From Actinomycetes bacterium (GTDB taxonomy: Bacteria; Actinomycetota; Acidimicrobiia; Acidimicrobiales; Microtrichaceae): a stretch of DNA of 64,000 nucleotides. How positions within the stretch are numbered: the stretch's first letter is position 1; the number at the start of each line of letters is the position of its first letter. This document shows, in pieces, positions 1-11,396 of the stretch. The translations under genes were made by a program, and so were the position numbers. Where the stretch lies: NCBI GenBank assembly GCA_023434535.1, contig JAEYSR010000207.1, positions 1,853-65,852 of the forward strand. The letters run 5' to 3'. The notes beneath the pieces are model-generated. The model did not search any database. It was given only the letters and a program-made list of their open reading frames with translations, and was not told the origin of the DNA.

Positions 1-555
1 AGCCGTCCGGCCCCGGAACGGGCCGCCCGACGCGGTCAGCACGATCCTCGACAGCCGACGGGTGCCCTCGCCGGCGCGCAGGCACTGGTGCACGGCGCAG
101 TGCTCGCTGTCCACCGGGACGATCTCCGCCCCGGGCGTGTTCCGCACGGTCCGGACGACGGGACCGGCGGCGATGAGCGACTCCTTGTTGGCCAGGGCCA
201 GGCGCTTGCCCGCCTGGAGGACGGCCATGGTGACGGGCAGTCCGGCGAAGCCCACGACGGCGTTCACGGTGACGTCGGCATCCGCCGCGGCAGCGGCCAG
301 CGCGTCCGCGCCGCCGTCGACGCGCACGCCGGCGGGGACGAGGTCGCGCAGCTCGGCGACCCGGGCGGGATCCGCGACCACGACCACGTCCGGACGGAGG
401 CGCTCCGCCTGGGCGGCCAGGGTGCGGACGTCGGACCCGGCACCGATCGCCACGATGCGGAAGCGGTCCCGCTCCGCCTCGACGACGTCGATCGTCTGGG
501 TCCCGATCGAGCCGGTGGACCCCATGAGGGCGACGCTGGTCGGGTTGCTCGTCAT
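1..555 (-). CDS. dxr: 1-deoxy-D-xylulose-5-phosphate reductoisomerase (5' part; runs off window edge)
   Basis: Manual translation from ATG at 555: MTSNPTSVALMGSTGSIGTQT... with LALANKESL and PVDSEH motifs; lies downstream of cdsA as in the usual frr-cdsA-dxr context. Confidence 0.95.
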   Translation of the reverse strand, partial: MTSNPTSVALMGSTGSIGTQTIDVVEAERDRFRIVAIGAGSDVRTLAAQAERLRPDVVVVADPARVAELRDLVPAGVRVDGGADALAAAAADADVTVNAVVGFAGLPVTMAVLQAGKRLALANKESLIAAGPVVRTVRNTPGAEIVPVDSEHCAVHQCLRAGEGTRRLSRIVLTASGGPFRGRTA

Positions 556-623
556 GCGCCCGCCATCGTACCGACGCCTGCGTCCGGAACACGGCGGGTC
601 CGGGCCCGTGCCCGGGAGTCCCC

Positions 624-1565
624 TCAGCCGCCGTCCGGCGGCGACGGCGGCGCGGCGGCCCCGGCGGTGGCCACGCGGACGAACGCCCGGGCCGCGGGCG
701 ACAGGCCCTCGTGGCGATGCAGGAGTCCGGTGCGGCGGCGGACCGGCGGGTCCAGATCCATCACGACCACGTCCGCGTGGCCCGACGCAGCGCCCAGTGC
801 GTGCTCCACGGAGCCGCGCGGGAGGACCGCGGCACCGGCACCGGCGAGGACGAGCGGGATGATGGTCTCGCGGTGGTCGGTCTCGACGACGACCTCGAGC
901 GGACCACCGACGGCGCCGAGCGCGTCGTCGAGCAGCCGACGGACCGAGGTCGACGGTGGCGAGGAGACGAGCGGCAGTCCCGCCAGGTCGTCCACCGCCA
1001 TCCGGTGGGACCTCGGCGCGCGACCCGACCCCTCGGGCGGCAGCAGCGCGACCGGGACGACGGCGACCAGCTCCTGGACCTCGAGCTCGACGGCGTCGAG
1101 TCCCTCGTGCTCCCCCGCCAGCTCCGTGAGCGCCACCTCGGCGTCCCCTCGTCGCAGCGAGTCCACCAACGCCGACGGGTCCGCCCGTTCCAGGATCGCG
1201 ACTCGCACGCCGGGATGGGCCCTGCGGTACGAGCCGACCAGATCGGCGAGCGGCTCGACGGCGAGCGACGGCAGGCACACCAGGTCCAGGCGGCCCGCCA
1301 GGACCCCCCTGACCTCGTCGACCGCGGACCGGACGGCGCCGGCGTCACGCAACGTCCGACGGGCCGGGCCGATGAAGGCCTCACCCGCCGCGGTGAGTCG
1401 GACCGATCGACCGGTGCGGAGGAACAGGTCGACGCCGAGCTCGCGCTCGAGGGACCGGACCGACTGGGAGAGCGCCGGTTGGGAGACGTGACTCGCCTGC
1501 GCCGCGGCGGTGAAGCCCCCGTGGTCGACGATGGCCACGACGTAGCCGAGCTGACGGAGGTCCAT
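624..1565 (-). CDS. LysR-family transcriptional regulator
   Basis: MDLRQLGYVVAIVDHGGFTAAAQASHVSQPALSQSVRSLERELGVDLFLR is a LysR HTH; divergent from the TauE gene. Confidence 0.95.
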   Translation of the reverse strand: MDLRQLGYVVAIVDHGGFTAAAQASHVSQPALSQSVRSLERELGVDLFLRTGRSVRLTAAGEAFIGPARRTLRDAGAVRSAVDEVRGVLAGRLDLVCLPSLAVEPLADLVGSYRRAHPGVRVAILERADPSALVDSLRRGDAEVALTELAGEHEGLDAVELEVQELVAVVPVALLPPEGSGRAPRSHRMAVDDLAGLPLVSSPPSTSVRRLLDDALGAVGGPLEVVVETDHRETIIPLVLAGAGAAVLPRGSVEHALGAASGHADVVVMDLDPPVRRRTGLLHRHEGLSPAARAFVRVATAGAAAPPSPPDGG

Positions 1566-1635
1566 CACTCCAGCTTATCGATCCCATCACGAATCGGTCT
1601 TGGACATATGGGACGGCCCGTCGTTGGATGATGTC

Positions 1636-2403
1636 GTGAGCACGCCGACCACCTGGATCTCCCTCGTCGGGCTCGGCGTCGGCGCCCTCTACGGGCTGTT
1701 CGGCGTCGGAGCCGCGTTCGCCACCCCGGTGCTGGCCCTGATCGGCGTGCCGGGGATGGCGGCGGTCGTCGGACCGCTCCCGGCACTCCTGCCCGGTTCG
1801 GTCGCCGGGGCGTGGAGCTACGCCCGACACGACAAGGTCGACTGGCGCATGGCACGTACCTCGCTCGCCGGTGCCGTCCCGGCGGCGATCGTCGGCTCGA
1901 TCATCGGCCACCGCCTCGGCGGGCCGCTCCTGGTGGTGGCGTCGGGTGCCCTCCTCGGAGTGATCGGCCTCCGGGTCCTCCGGCCGCTCGGAAACGACCC
2001 GGCTCGACGAGCCGCGGCCGCGGCGCGGCGCGACCGACTCGGGCTGGTCCTGGTGGCGGCTGCCGGCGCCGGCTTCCTCGCCGGGCTGCTGGCCAACGGC
2101 GGGGGCTTCCTGCTCGTGCCCCTCTTCCTCCTGGCCTTCGGCCTCGACATGAACGAGGCCACCGGGACGAGCCTGGTCGTGGCCGCCGGACTGACGGTCC
2201 CGACGCTCGCCACCCACGCTCTCGTCGGTGACGTCGACTGGGCCGTGGCCGCGGCGTTCTCGATCGGGATGATCCCGGGCGTGGTCGCCGGGAGCCGATT
2301 GGCCCGCCACCTGCCGACGGTCCGGCTGCAGCGGGCGTTCGGCGTCCTGCTGGTGGTGTTCTCGGTGTGGTTCCTGATCCGGACGGCCCTGGCGATGGCG
2401 TGA
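1636..2403 (+). CDS. Sulfite exporter TauE/SafE family membrane protein
   Basis: Hydrophobic two-repeat protein with GLFGVG, GLLANGGGFLLVP and ATGTSL motifs; start uncertain (ORF open from 1600). Confidence 0.85.
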   Translation: MSTPTTWISLVGLGVGALYGLFGVGAAFATPVLALIGVPGMAAVVGPLPALLPGSVAGAWSYARHDKVDWRMARTSLAGAVPAAIVGSIIGHRLGGPLLVVASGALLGVIGLRVLRPLGNDPARRAAAAARRDRLGLVLVAAAGAGFLAGLLANGGGFLLVPLFLLAFGLDMNEATGTSLVVAAGLTVPTLATHALVGDVDWAVAAAFSIGMIPGVVAGSRLARHLPTVRLQRAFGVLLVVFSVWFLIRTALAMA

Positions 2404-2475
2404 CCTCGGCCGGTCCGACGAGTCGGGCCGTGCCGAACCGGTCGCGGCAGGCCTGAACCGGTCAGGTGGGACCGT

Positions 2476-4182
2476 TCAGCCGCCGGTCCAGGTGCCGAAC
2501 AGCAGGGTGACGAAGTACGCCGTGGGTAGGACGAACAGCAGGGCGTCGAAGCGGTCCATGACCCCGCCGTGGCCCGGCAGGATCGACCCGAAGTCCTTGA
2601 TGCCGAGGTCCCGCTTCACGAACGACTCGCACAGGTCGCCGATCGGGGCGACGACGGCGCACAGCAGGGCGAACACGAACACCCGGAAGATGTCGCCGCC
2701 GATCGGGGCGATGCCGAAGATGCCGACGACGACCACGGTGACGACGACCGCCACGGCCACGCCGCCGGCCGTGCCCTCGAGGGTCTTGTTGGGGCTGGCG
2801 GCCGACAGCGGCGTGCGCCCGAAGTAGCGCCCGATGAAGTAGGCGCCGACATCGTGGCTGACCGCCACGATCACGGCGGCGATGACCACGCCGATGCCGA
2901 TGTTCGACGATGCTCCGGTGGCGTCCTCGACGACCTTGCCGAGGCCCAGGAAGAGCGTGGCGAACGAGCCCAGGAACCCGATCCACATCACGCCGAGCAG
3001 CGTGATGCCGAGGTTGCGCACCGAGTGCTCTCCCGGCTGGACCCACAGGTACCAGAGCAGGCCGAGGACGACGGTCAGGGTCAGCACGACCGGATAGGCG
3101 TTGAGGCCCGACGTGTAGGTGGCGATCATCAGACCGACCGTCGCCACCAGGCCGAGCAGGCCGGCCGGCTGGAAGCCGCGGGACTCGACGGTCCCGAAGT
3201 ACTCGTAGGCGGCGGCGCCGACGACCACGCACGCGAGCGCGGTGGTGGCGAGGCCGCCGAGCTTGAAGCACAGCAACCCGACGGCCACGAGGCCGATGCC
3301 GACGCCGACCGCGGTGATCAGGTTCCGATCCCCGCCGACTCCGCCGTCGTCGGGCCCGGAGCCCGAGCCGCCGTCGTCGGGAGGTCCCTGCCGGCTGCGC
3401 TGGCGACGGGCGGGCCGCCGCTCGTCCAGTGTCGACACGTCGTCGTCGGGGGCGAACGCCTCGATGGGGTCGCGGTCGACCTCGGAGTCGAAGAAGAAGT
3501 CGTCGTCCTCGTCGTCGCGCAGGTCCGCTCCTCGGAGCGCACCGAGCCGCGGCGAGTCGTCCAACAGGTCGTCGAAGTCGGTCTCGGTGTGGCGCTCCGC
3601 CTCGTCGCGCCAGCGAGGAGCCGACGCGAAGCTGCCGGTCGGCTCGTCCTCCTCCGCGTCGTCGCCGATGACGACCTTGGGGACCTGGCCCGTCGCCGGC
3701 TCGGTCCAGTGCGGCAGGACGAACGAGTCGTCGGGGTCCGCGAACAGGTCGTCGCCGCGGCTCGGCGCCGTGTCGGTCTCCGGCGTGGTGTCCCACTCCG
3801 GGGCGGTGTCCCACTCGGGGACGGCGTCGACCGGCTCGAACTCGGGCTCCTCGGCGGGCAGCGCACGGGCGTGTCCGTATCCGTGGGAGCGACCGTCGTC
3901 GTCGGCCCACCGGGGCTCCTCGGCGCGAGGGGACACGACCGGACCGTCGGAGAACGGGTCGCCGGCGGGATCCCCGGCGTCGCTCGTGGAGATCCTCACC
4001 GTCGGGAGGTCGTCGGTCGCCTCCGGCTGGTCGGGTCGGTCGCCGTAGCGCTTCTCGCCGCGGCGGCGCCGACGGGCCACGTCGGACCGTCCGGCGGCCT
4101 CGGCGGCCTCCTGGGCACCGATGATGCGCACGCCCTCGGAGCGCGGCTCCTCGATCCGGCCGGGATCGTCCTGGTCCGTCAT
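2476..4182 (-). CDS. cdsA: Phosphatidate cytidylyltransferase with long acidic N-terminal extension
   Basis: C-terminal SPNKTLEG, GDLCESFVKRDLGIKDFGSILPGHGGVMDRFD motifs; follows frr. Confidence 0.93.
   Translation of the reverse strand: MTDQDDPGRIEEPRSEGVRIIGAQEAAEAAGRSDVARRRRRGEKRYGDRPDQPEATDDLPTVRISTSDAGDPAGDPFSDGPVVSPRAEEPRWADDDGRSHGYGHARALPAEEPEFEPVDAVPEWDTAPEWDTTPETDTAPSRGDDLFADPDDSFVLPHWTEPATGQVPKVVIGDDAEEDEPTGSFASAPRWRDEAERHTETDFDDLLDDSPRLGALRGADLRDDEDDDFFFDSEVDRDPIEAFAPDDDVSTLDERRPARRQRSRQGPPDDGGSGSGPDDGGVGGDRNLITAVGVGIGLVAVGLLCFKLGGLATTALACVVVGAAAYEYFGTVESRGFQPAGLLGLVATVGLMIATYTSGLNAYPVVLTLTVVLGLLWYLWVQPGEHSVRNLGITLLGVMWIGFLGSFATLFLGLGKVVEDATGASSNIGIGVVIAAVIVAVSHDVGAYFIGRYFGRTPLSAASPNKTLEGTAGGVAVAVVVTVVVVGIFGIAPIGGDIFRVFVFALLCAVVAPIGDLCESFVKRDLGIKDFGSILPGHGGVMDRFDALLFVLPTAYFVTLLFGTWTGG
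3766..3819 (-). repeat. Three imperfect 18-bp in-frame tandem units inside cdsA (PEWDTA-PEWDTT-PETDTA)
   Basis: GGTGTCCCACTC occurs twice at 18-nt spacing on the + strand; repeat visible in the translation. Confidence 0.75.
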
Positions 4183-4210
4183 CGCAGTCCTCCTACCCCA
4201 TCCACGTCGA

Positions 4211-4780
4211 TCAGCCCTCGAGGAGCTCGACGGTCTTCGCGTCGAGCGCCTCGTCGATGGCTGCTTCGTACCGCTTGGTCAGCTTGTCGAGGTCGGCCTC
4301 GGCGCGGTGCATCTCGTCGGAGGAGATGTCACCGTCCTTCTCGAGGGCCTCGAGGTCCTTGCGCGCGTCACGGCGGGCGCCCCGGACGGCGTTGCGACCC
4401 TCCTCGGCCTTCGACCGCACCAGCTTCACGTACTCCTTGCGCCGCTCCTCGGTGAGCGGGGGGAACGCCAGCCGGATCGCCACACCGTCGTTGGAGGGGT
4501 TGAGTCCGAGCTGCGAGTCCTGGATGGCCCGCTCGATGCCGGCCATCGAGCTCTTGTCGAACGGCGTGATCACGAGCATCCGGGCGTCGGGGATGGAGAA
4601 GCTGGCGAGCTGCTGGAGCGGCGTGGCCGAGCCGTAGTAGTCCACGGGCAGCTTCTCCACGAGGCCCGGGTTGGCCCGTCCGGTGCGCACCCCGCCGAAC
4701 TCGTGGCGGGCGTGCGCCACGGCCTTCTCCATGTGCTCGCCGGCATCCTCGAGCACGGCTTCGATCAACTCGTCACTCAC
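4211..4780 (-). CDS. frr: Ribosome recycling factor
   Basis: VRTGRANP, YYGS, LGLNPSNDG, PPLTEERRKE motifs. Confidence 0.97.
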   Translation of the reverse strand: MSDELIEAVLEDAGEHMEKAVAHARHEFGGVRTGRANPGLVEKLPVDYYGSATPLQQLASFSIPDARMLVITPFDKSSMAGIERAIQDSQLGLNPSNDGVAIRLAFPPLTEERRKEYVKLVRSKAEEGRNAVRGARRDARKDLEALEKDGDISSDEMHRAEADLDKLTKRYEAAIDEALDAKTVELLEG

Positions 4781-4918
4781 GGGGTCAGCCTCCCACAACC
4801 CGCACCGACGGTGGAGACACCTCGTGCGGCCCGGGCGCGGGCGAGCCGGAGGGTCGACCGGTTCCGGACGGACGCGGCGGTCCGGAGCGGTCGCAGGGGA
4901 CGATCGGGGCCGGACAGC

Positions 4919-6428
<1,510 letters not shown>

Positions 6429-6429
<1 letters not shown>

Positions 6430-7415
6430 CAGTGCTCCTCGGTGTGGGGGGTGACGGGGCTGGCCTCGGCGGGCCCGCCGTCGAGCGACAGCTCCTCGGC
6501 CGCGACCTCGTTGGCGGAGGCGGCAGCGGTGGCCACGTCGGAGTCGGCGGAGCCCTCCTTGAGGACCGAGCCCTCGTCCTCGGGGGCGTTGCGAGCGGCC
6601 AGCACTCGGGCCTCGCGCTCGGCTGCGGCCTGACGGGCCTCGGCCTGGGCGCGGGCCTGCTCCGCGTCCTTCTCGGCCTTCTCCTCGGCGGAGCGCTCAC
6701 GCGGAGCGGTCTCGGGGTGCGTCTTGGACCGCATGAGGCGACCCTCGATGACGGCATCGGCGATGACGCGGGTCAGGAGGCTGCCGGAGCGGATGGCGTC
6801 GTCGTTGCCGGGGATGACGTACTGGATGATGTCGGGGTCGCAGTTGGTGTCCACGACGGCGACCACGGGGATGCCGAGCTTGTTCGCCTCGGTGACCGCG
6901 ATGTCCTCCTTCTTGGTGTCCAGGATGAACACCGCGTCGGGAAGGCGCTCCAGGTCGCGGATGCCGTTCAGGTTGCGCTCGAGCTTGTCCAGCTCGCGGG
7001 TGTGGAGGAGGGCCTCCTTCTTGGGCATGGCCTCGAACTCACCGGAGTCCCGCATGCGCTGGTACTCCTTCATCTTGGCGACGCGCTTGGAGATGGTCTC
7101 GAAGTTCGTGAGCATGCCGCCCAGCCAGCGCTGGTTGATGTAGGGCATCCCGCACTTCTCGGCGTAGCCCTGGATCGAGTCCTGGGCCTGCTTCTTGGTG
7201 CCGATGAAGAGGACGGTGCCCCCGTTGGCGACCAGGTCCCGCACGAACAGGTACGACTTCTCGATCCCCGAGAGCGTCTGGTGCAGGTCGATCAGGTAGA
7301 TGCCCCCGCGCTCCCCGTGGATGAAGCGCTTCATCTTCGGGTTCCAGCGGCGGGTCTGGTGACCGAAGTGCACCCCGGCCTCGAGCAGCTGCTTCATGCT
7401 GACGACAGCAGACAT
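6429..7415 (-). CDS. rpsB: 30S ribosomal protein S2
   Basis: [51 protein letters not shown] before ATG 7415; TGATG overlap with tsf. Confidence 0.98.
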
Positions 7416-7577
7416 GTGTGGTTCTCCTCCCCTTCGGTTCGACGAGACCCGGACACGACACCGCCCGCTGGAGCGGGAACGGCGACCGAAGAGAGCGTCC
7501 GGGCGAGGATGGTCTGTTCTCCGGACCCGATCGCAGTCGGGTCCGGCGGCCCGGTTCCGGGCCGACGGAAGAGTGTA
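7416..7577 (-). promoter_or_regulatory. rpsB promoter (-10 TACACT) and structured 5' leader
   Basis: TACACT at 7577-7572; perfect 10-bp stem CCGGACCCGA/TCGGGTCCGG at 7521-7546; further stems at 7548-7563 and ~7447-7504. Confidence 0.55.
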
Positions 7578-7631
7578 GTCGGGTGCGTCCGGCCGCACCA
7601 TCACGGGATCGTCGTCGCCGAGGGATCGCGG

Positions 7632-8180
7632 TCAACCCGGGACGGACACGAGCACGGCGTGGCGGGGAGCTCCCTCGGCGAACAGCGAGGCGGGGTCGAT
7701 GTACGCGTCGCCCCGCCGGACACCGAGGTGGAGGATGGCCGCCGAGCGGCCGACCAGCTGGCCGCGGCGGACGGGGTCGCCGACGTGGACCGAGATCGCC
7801 GAGAGCCCGGTCAGCGACGACCTCAGGCCGTCGGGATGCTCGACGACCACCACGCCACGCCCGGCGACGGGCCCGGCGAACGCGACGACGCCGTCGCCGA
7901 TCGCCCGGACCGGGGAACCGGGTGGCATCGCGTACTCCAGGCCGCGGTTGCCGGGTCCGTAGGGCGTGGCCGGCGGCCGGAACGGATCGGTGACCTCGCC
8001 GTCGACGGGAGGTGAGTACGGCGGTTCGGAGGGCGGAGCGACCGCTGCGGCGATCGCACGGGCCTCCTCCCCCGCCCGGATGCCGCCGTCGGGACGGGGC
8101 GAGCCGAGTGGGCCCGCGGGTCCGGAGGCCACGACCACGGAGGTGAGGACGGCAGAGGTGACGATGATGGCGGCGCGCAC
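7632..8180 (-). CDS. M23-family peptidase domain protein (secreted)
   Basis: PPVDGEVTDPFRPPATPYGPGNRGLEY, GSPVRAIGDGVVAFAGPVAG, LHLGVRRGDAYIDP; the usual actinobacterial gene upstream of rpsB. Confidence 0.85.
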   Translation of the reverse strand: MRAAIIVTSAVLTSVVVASGPAGPLGSPRPDGGIRAGEEARAIAAAVAPPSEPPYSPPVDGEVTDPFRPPATPYGPGNRGLEYAMPPGSPVRAIGDGVVAFAGPVAGRGVVVVEHPDGLRSSLTGLSAISVHVGDPVRRGQLVGRSAAILHLGVRRGDAYIDPASLFAEGAPRHAVLVSVPG

Positions 8181-8249
8181 GGCGCTCTCCCGCTGCTCGG
8201 CCCGGCGGTCCGGGCGGCGATGGGGGAAGGCCTGGGGGCACGCACCCGG

Positions 8250-8297
8250 CTCTGTCCTGCAGGACACACCCGTTCGGGTGTTCCGTGCGGGACACAG
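8250..8297. repeat. 48-bp imperfect palindrome, REP-like family copy B
   Basis: CTCTGTCCTGCAGGACACACCCGTTCGGGTGTTCCGTGCGGGACACAG; 40/48 identical to the copy at 27780. Confidence 0.85.
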
Positions 8298-8310
8298 CAG
8301 GGCCGGCGGT

Positions 8311-9117
8311 TCAGCCGGGGATGCGATCCATGCTGTTGAAGCGGCTGCGCAGGTGCAGCACGGCCTTGGTGTGGATCTGGCAGACGCGGGACTCGGTCAC
8401 GCCGAGGACGCGGCCGATCTCCTGCAGCGTGAGGCTCTCGTAGTAGTAGAGCGTCAGCACGATCTTCTCCCTCTCCGGGAGCCCGTTGACGGCCTGGGCC
8501 AGGAGCTGACGGGTCTCGGCCACCTCGAAGGCGCCCATCGGGCCGTGCGACGAGCGGTCCGCGATCGTGTCGCCCAGCGTGATCGACTCGCCGCGCTCGC
8601 CCGAGCCGGTGAGGATCTCGTCCAGCGCGGCGAGCCCGACGTTGGAGATCTGGTTGAGAGCGGTCTGGAGCTGGTCGTCGGTCCAGCGCAGCTCGCCGGC
8701 GAGCTCCTCGTCGGACGGGGCGCGGTGGAACTTGGCCTCGAGCTTGGCGTAGGCGCGCTCGATCTGGCGCACCTTGGACCGCACCGACCGGGGCACCCAG
8801 TCGATCGACCGGAGCTCGTCGAGGATGGAGCCCTTGATCCGGCTGATCGCATAGGTCTCGAACTTGTAGCCGCGCTCCGGCTCGAACTTGTCGATGGCGT
8901 CGATCAGCCCGAACATCCCGTAGCTGACCAGGTCGGACTGCTCCACGTTCTGGGGCAGGCCCACGGCCAGGCGGCTCGCCACGTACTTCACGAGCGGCGA
9001 GTAGTGCACGATGAGCGCCTCGCGCGACCGGGCTGTGCCCTTCTCCTTGTAGGAGGCCCAGAGCCGGTCGAGCTCCTCGTCGGTCGTCGTGTCCTCGGTC
9101 CGCGTTCGGGTGGTCAT
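8311..9117 (-). CDS. whiG: FliA/WhiG-family RNA polymerase sigma factor
   Basis: HYSPLVKYVASR, DLVSYGMFGLIDAIDKF, KFETYAISRIKGSILDELRSIDWVPRSVR, LGVTESRVCQIH. Confidence 0.92.
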   Translation of the reverse strand: MTTRTRTEDTTTDEELDRLWASYKEKGTARSREALIVHYSPLVKYVASRLAVGLPQNVEQSDLVSYGMFGLIDAIDKFEPERGYKFETYAISRIKGSILDELRSIDWVPRSVRSKVRQIERAYAKLEAKFHRAPSDEELAGELRWTDDQLQTALNQISNVGLAALDEILTGSGERGESITLGDTIADRSSHGPMGAFEVAETRQLLAQAVNGLPEREKIVLTLYYYESLTLQEIGRVLGVTESRVCQIHTKAVLHLRSRFNSMDRIPG

Positions 9118-10016
9118 CAGGCCCTCGGGTGGCTCTCTCGGAAGACCCGGCTGAGCCGGTCCTTGCTGACGTGGGTGTAGACCTGCGTCGTTGCGAGGTC
9201 GGAGTGGCCGAGCAGCTCCTGGACGACGCGGAGGTCCGCTCCCCCGTCGAGCAGGTGCGTGGCGAAGGTGTGCCGCAGCGCGTGCGGGTGCGTCGGGACC
9301 GGGGAGCGGCGGTCGAGGAGTCGACGGACGTCGCGGGCGCCGATCCGGTTCCCGCGTCGGTTGTGGAACAGGGCCGCCGTGGCGGCGTCGAGCGGCACCG
9401 CCGGGGCGACCTCGGTCATCCAGCGGAGCCGGCCGCCGGAGCGGTCCAGCCACCTGGTTAGAGCGTCGTGGGCCGGGCCGCTCAGAGGGACGATCCTCTG
9501 CTTGGAGCCCTTGCCCCACACGGTCACCCGGGACCGGGCGAGGTCGACGTCGTCGACGTCGAGTCCGCACAGCTCCGACACGCGGAGGCCGGACCCGTAG
9601 AGCAGCTCGACCACGGCGTCGTCACGATCCGCGACGACGCCGTCGTCGGAGGCCGGCGGTTCGTCGAGGACCTGGTGCAGCTCGTCGGCGCGCAGCACTC
9701 GAGGAAGGCGGGCCGGTCCGGCCGGGGCGCTGACCCCGGTCGTGGGGTCCACGGCGACCGCTCCGCGGCGCACGCACCACCCGAAGTAGCGCCGCAGCGA
9801 CGCCATCGAGCGGGCCATCGTCCGTGACGCCTTGCGCTCCGCCGAGAGGTGGGCGAGGTAGCGCCGCACGGCGTCACGGTCGACCGCGGACGGGCCGGCG
9901 GCGTCGTCCCGATCGGACTCGAACCAGTCGATGAAGGCACGGACGTCGCGGGCGTAGACGTCCAGCGTCGAGGGCGCGAGCGGCACCGCCGCCACGAACT
10001 CCTCGACCTCCCACAT
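9117..10016 (-). CDS. xerC: Tyrosine recombinase XerC
   Basis: Catalytic motifs ELLYGSGLRVSE, GKGSKQR, HALRHTFATHLL, LGHS, TQVYTH; core position after dprA. Confidence 0.9.
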   Translation of the reverse strand: MWEVEEFVAAVPLAPSTLDVYARDVRAFIDWFESDRDDAAGPSAVDRDAVRRYLAHLSAERKASRTMARSMASLRRYFGWCVRRGAVAVDPTTGVSAPAGPARLPRVLRADELHQVLDEPPASDDGVVADRDDAVVELLYGSGLRVSELCGLDVDDVDLARSRVTVWGKGSKQRIVPLSGPAHDALTRWLDRSGGRLRWMTEVAPAVPLDAATAALFHNRRGNRIGARDVRRLLDRRSPVPTHPHALRHTFATHLLDGGADLRVVQELLGHSDLATTQVYTHVSKDRLSRVFRESHPRA

Positions 10017-10163
10017 CCCGTCCGGCACCTTGTACGCCCTCGCCTCGTTGATGACTTCTCTCCGTAGCGTAGCGAGCGCGCTCCGTGATGGCACTCCCGA
10101 ACTGCGAGGAGGCCCCCGTCGTGCGCACGAACCGCTGCCTCCGGACCCTACGAGCACCTCGCC

Positions 10164-11396
10164 TCAACCGGGCGGACCGGCGCCGGGACGGGCCACACGT
10201 TCGACGAACGGGCCGCGGCGCTCGGCCCAGCCGAGCCGCTCCAGCTCTCCGAGAGCGACCGACAGGCGAGCGAGGTCGAGGTCGGCGTCGCGGGCCAGGG
10301 CCTCCATGCTCGTCGGCGAGAAGCCGAGCGCACCGAGGACCGCGGCGGCGTCGCCCGCCGGCTCGGGGCGTTGCTCCCCGAGGGACGGGCCCGTCGCCGC
10401 CGCCGAGATCCCGAGCGCGACCAGCACGTCGTCGACGCCCCGGCACACCCCGGCTCCGTCCGCGATCAGGTCGTTGGTGCCCGACGACGCCGGGCTGCCC
10501 ACCGGCCCCGGGACCGCGAGGATCGTCCGGTCCCGTCGCTGGGCGTGCTCGACCGTCACCATCGATCCGCCGCGCTCGGCGGACTCCACCACGACGACCA
10601 CCTGTGCGAGGGCGGCGAGGATCCGGTTGCGCACCGGGAACCTCCACGGCGCCGGTCGGGTGCGCGGCGGAGCCTCCGACAGCACCACGCCGAGCTCGAC
10701 CACGCGCCGGGCGAGATCGGCGTTGGTCGAGGGGCCTGGTGCGTCCACGCCACCGCCGACGACGGCCGCCGGGCCGGCGGCCGCGGCCGGCCCCTGGGAC
10801 TCCGCGGCGGCCACCGCACCGTGGTGCGCGGCGGCGTCGATGCCGAGGGCGAGGCCCGACACCACGCACACGCCGGACTCCGCCAGGCCGCGGCCGAGGT
10901 CGAGAGCGAGGCGCCGTCCGTAGCCGGTGGCGCGCCGGGTGCCGATGACGGCCACGCGCGGGGCTGCCAGCACGTCGACGTCGCCGCGGTGGAACAGCAC
11001 GATCGGCGGGTCGACGTCGCCGGCCAGGCACGGCGGGTACGACGGCGACCCGATCGAGATGACGCCGATCCCCCGGGCGCGCCAGCGTTGCCACTGCACC
11101 ACCGGGTCCACCGATCGGGCGGCTGCGGCCCAGCCGCTCGACGCCGCCTGGACAGCCGGCGCCAGCGCAGCCCGGATCTCCGACGGGATCCGATCGGTCC
11201 CCACGCGCTCCCACACCTCCGCCGGAGCGCCCAGCGTCAGCAGCGACCGCAGCGTCGCGTTGCCGACCGACGGGAGGGCGGCCAGCGCACCGAGGTACGC
11301 CTCGTGCGGGACATCACCCTCGGGCGGCCCTCCCGCCGCGTCGGGCGTCCGCAGCGAGCGGCCCGGCCGGTCACGGCCCGGGCCACCGCCGCTCAT
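10164..11396 (-). CDS. dprA: DNA-processing protein DprA
   Basis: VIGTRRATGYG, VVSGLALGIDAAAH, FPVRNRILAAL, VVVES...GGSMVT; ATGA overlap with comM. Confidence 0.95.
   Translation of the reverse strand: MSGGGPGRDRPGRSLRTPDAAGGPPEGDVPHEAYLGALAALPSVGNATLRSLLTLGAPAEVWERVGTDRIPSEIRAALAPAVQAASSGWAAAARSVDPVVQWQRWRARGIGVISIGSPSYPPCLAGDVDPPIVLFHRGDVDVLAAPRVAVIGTRRATGYGRRLALDLGRGLAESGVCVVSGLALGIDAAAHHGAVAAAESQGPAAAAGPAAVVGGGVDAPGPSTNADLARRVVELGVVLSEAPPRTRPAPWRFPVRNRILAALAQVVVVVESAERGGSMVTVEHAQRRDRTILAVPGPVGSPASSGTNDLIADGAGVCRGVDDVLVALGISAAATGPSLGEQRPEPAGDAAAVLGALGFSPTSMEALARDADLDLARLSVALGELERLGWAERRGPFVERVARPGAGPPG

Noticed and set aside
9117..10016. Tyrosine recombinase as a phage/ICE or integron integrase, with the palindromes as attC sites
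   Set aside because: Size, motifs and dprA-adjacent position fit housekeeping XerC; no IntI-specific insertion seen; the palindromes lack RYYYAAC/GTTRRRY ends and flank core genes
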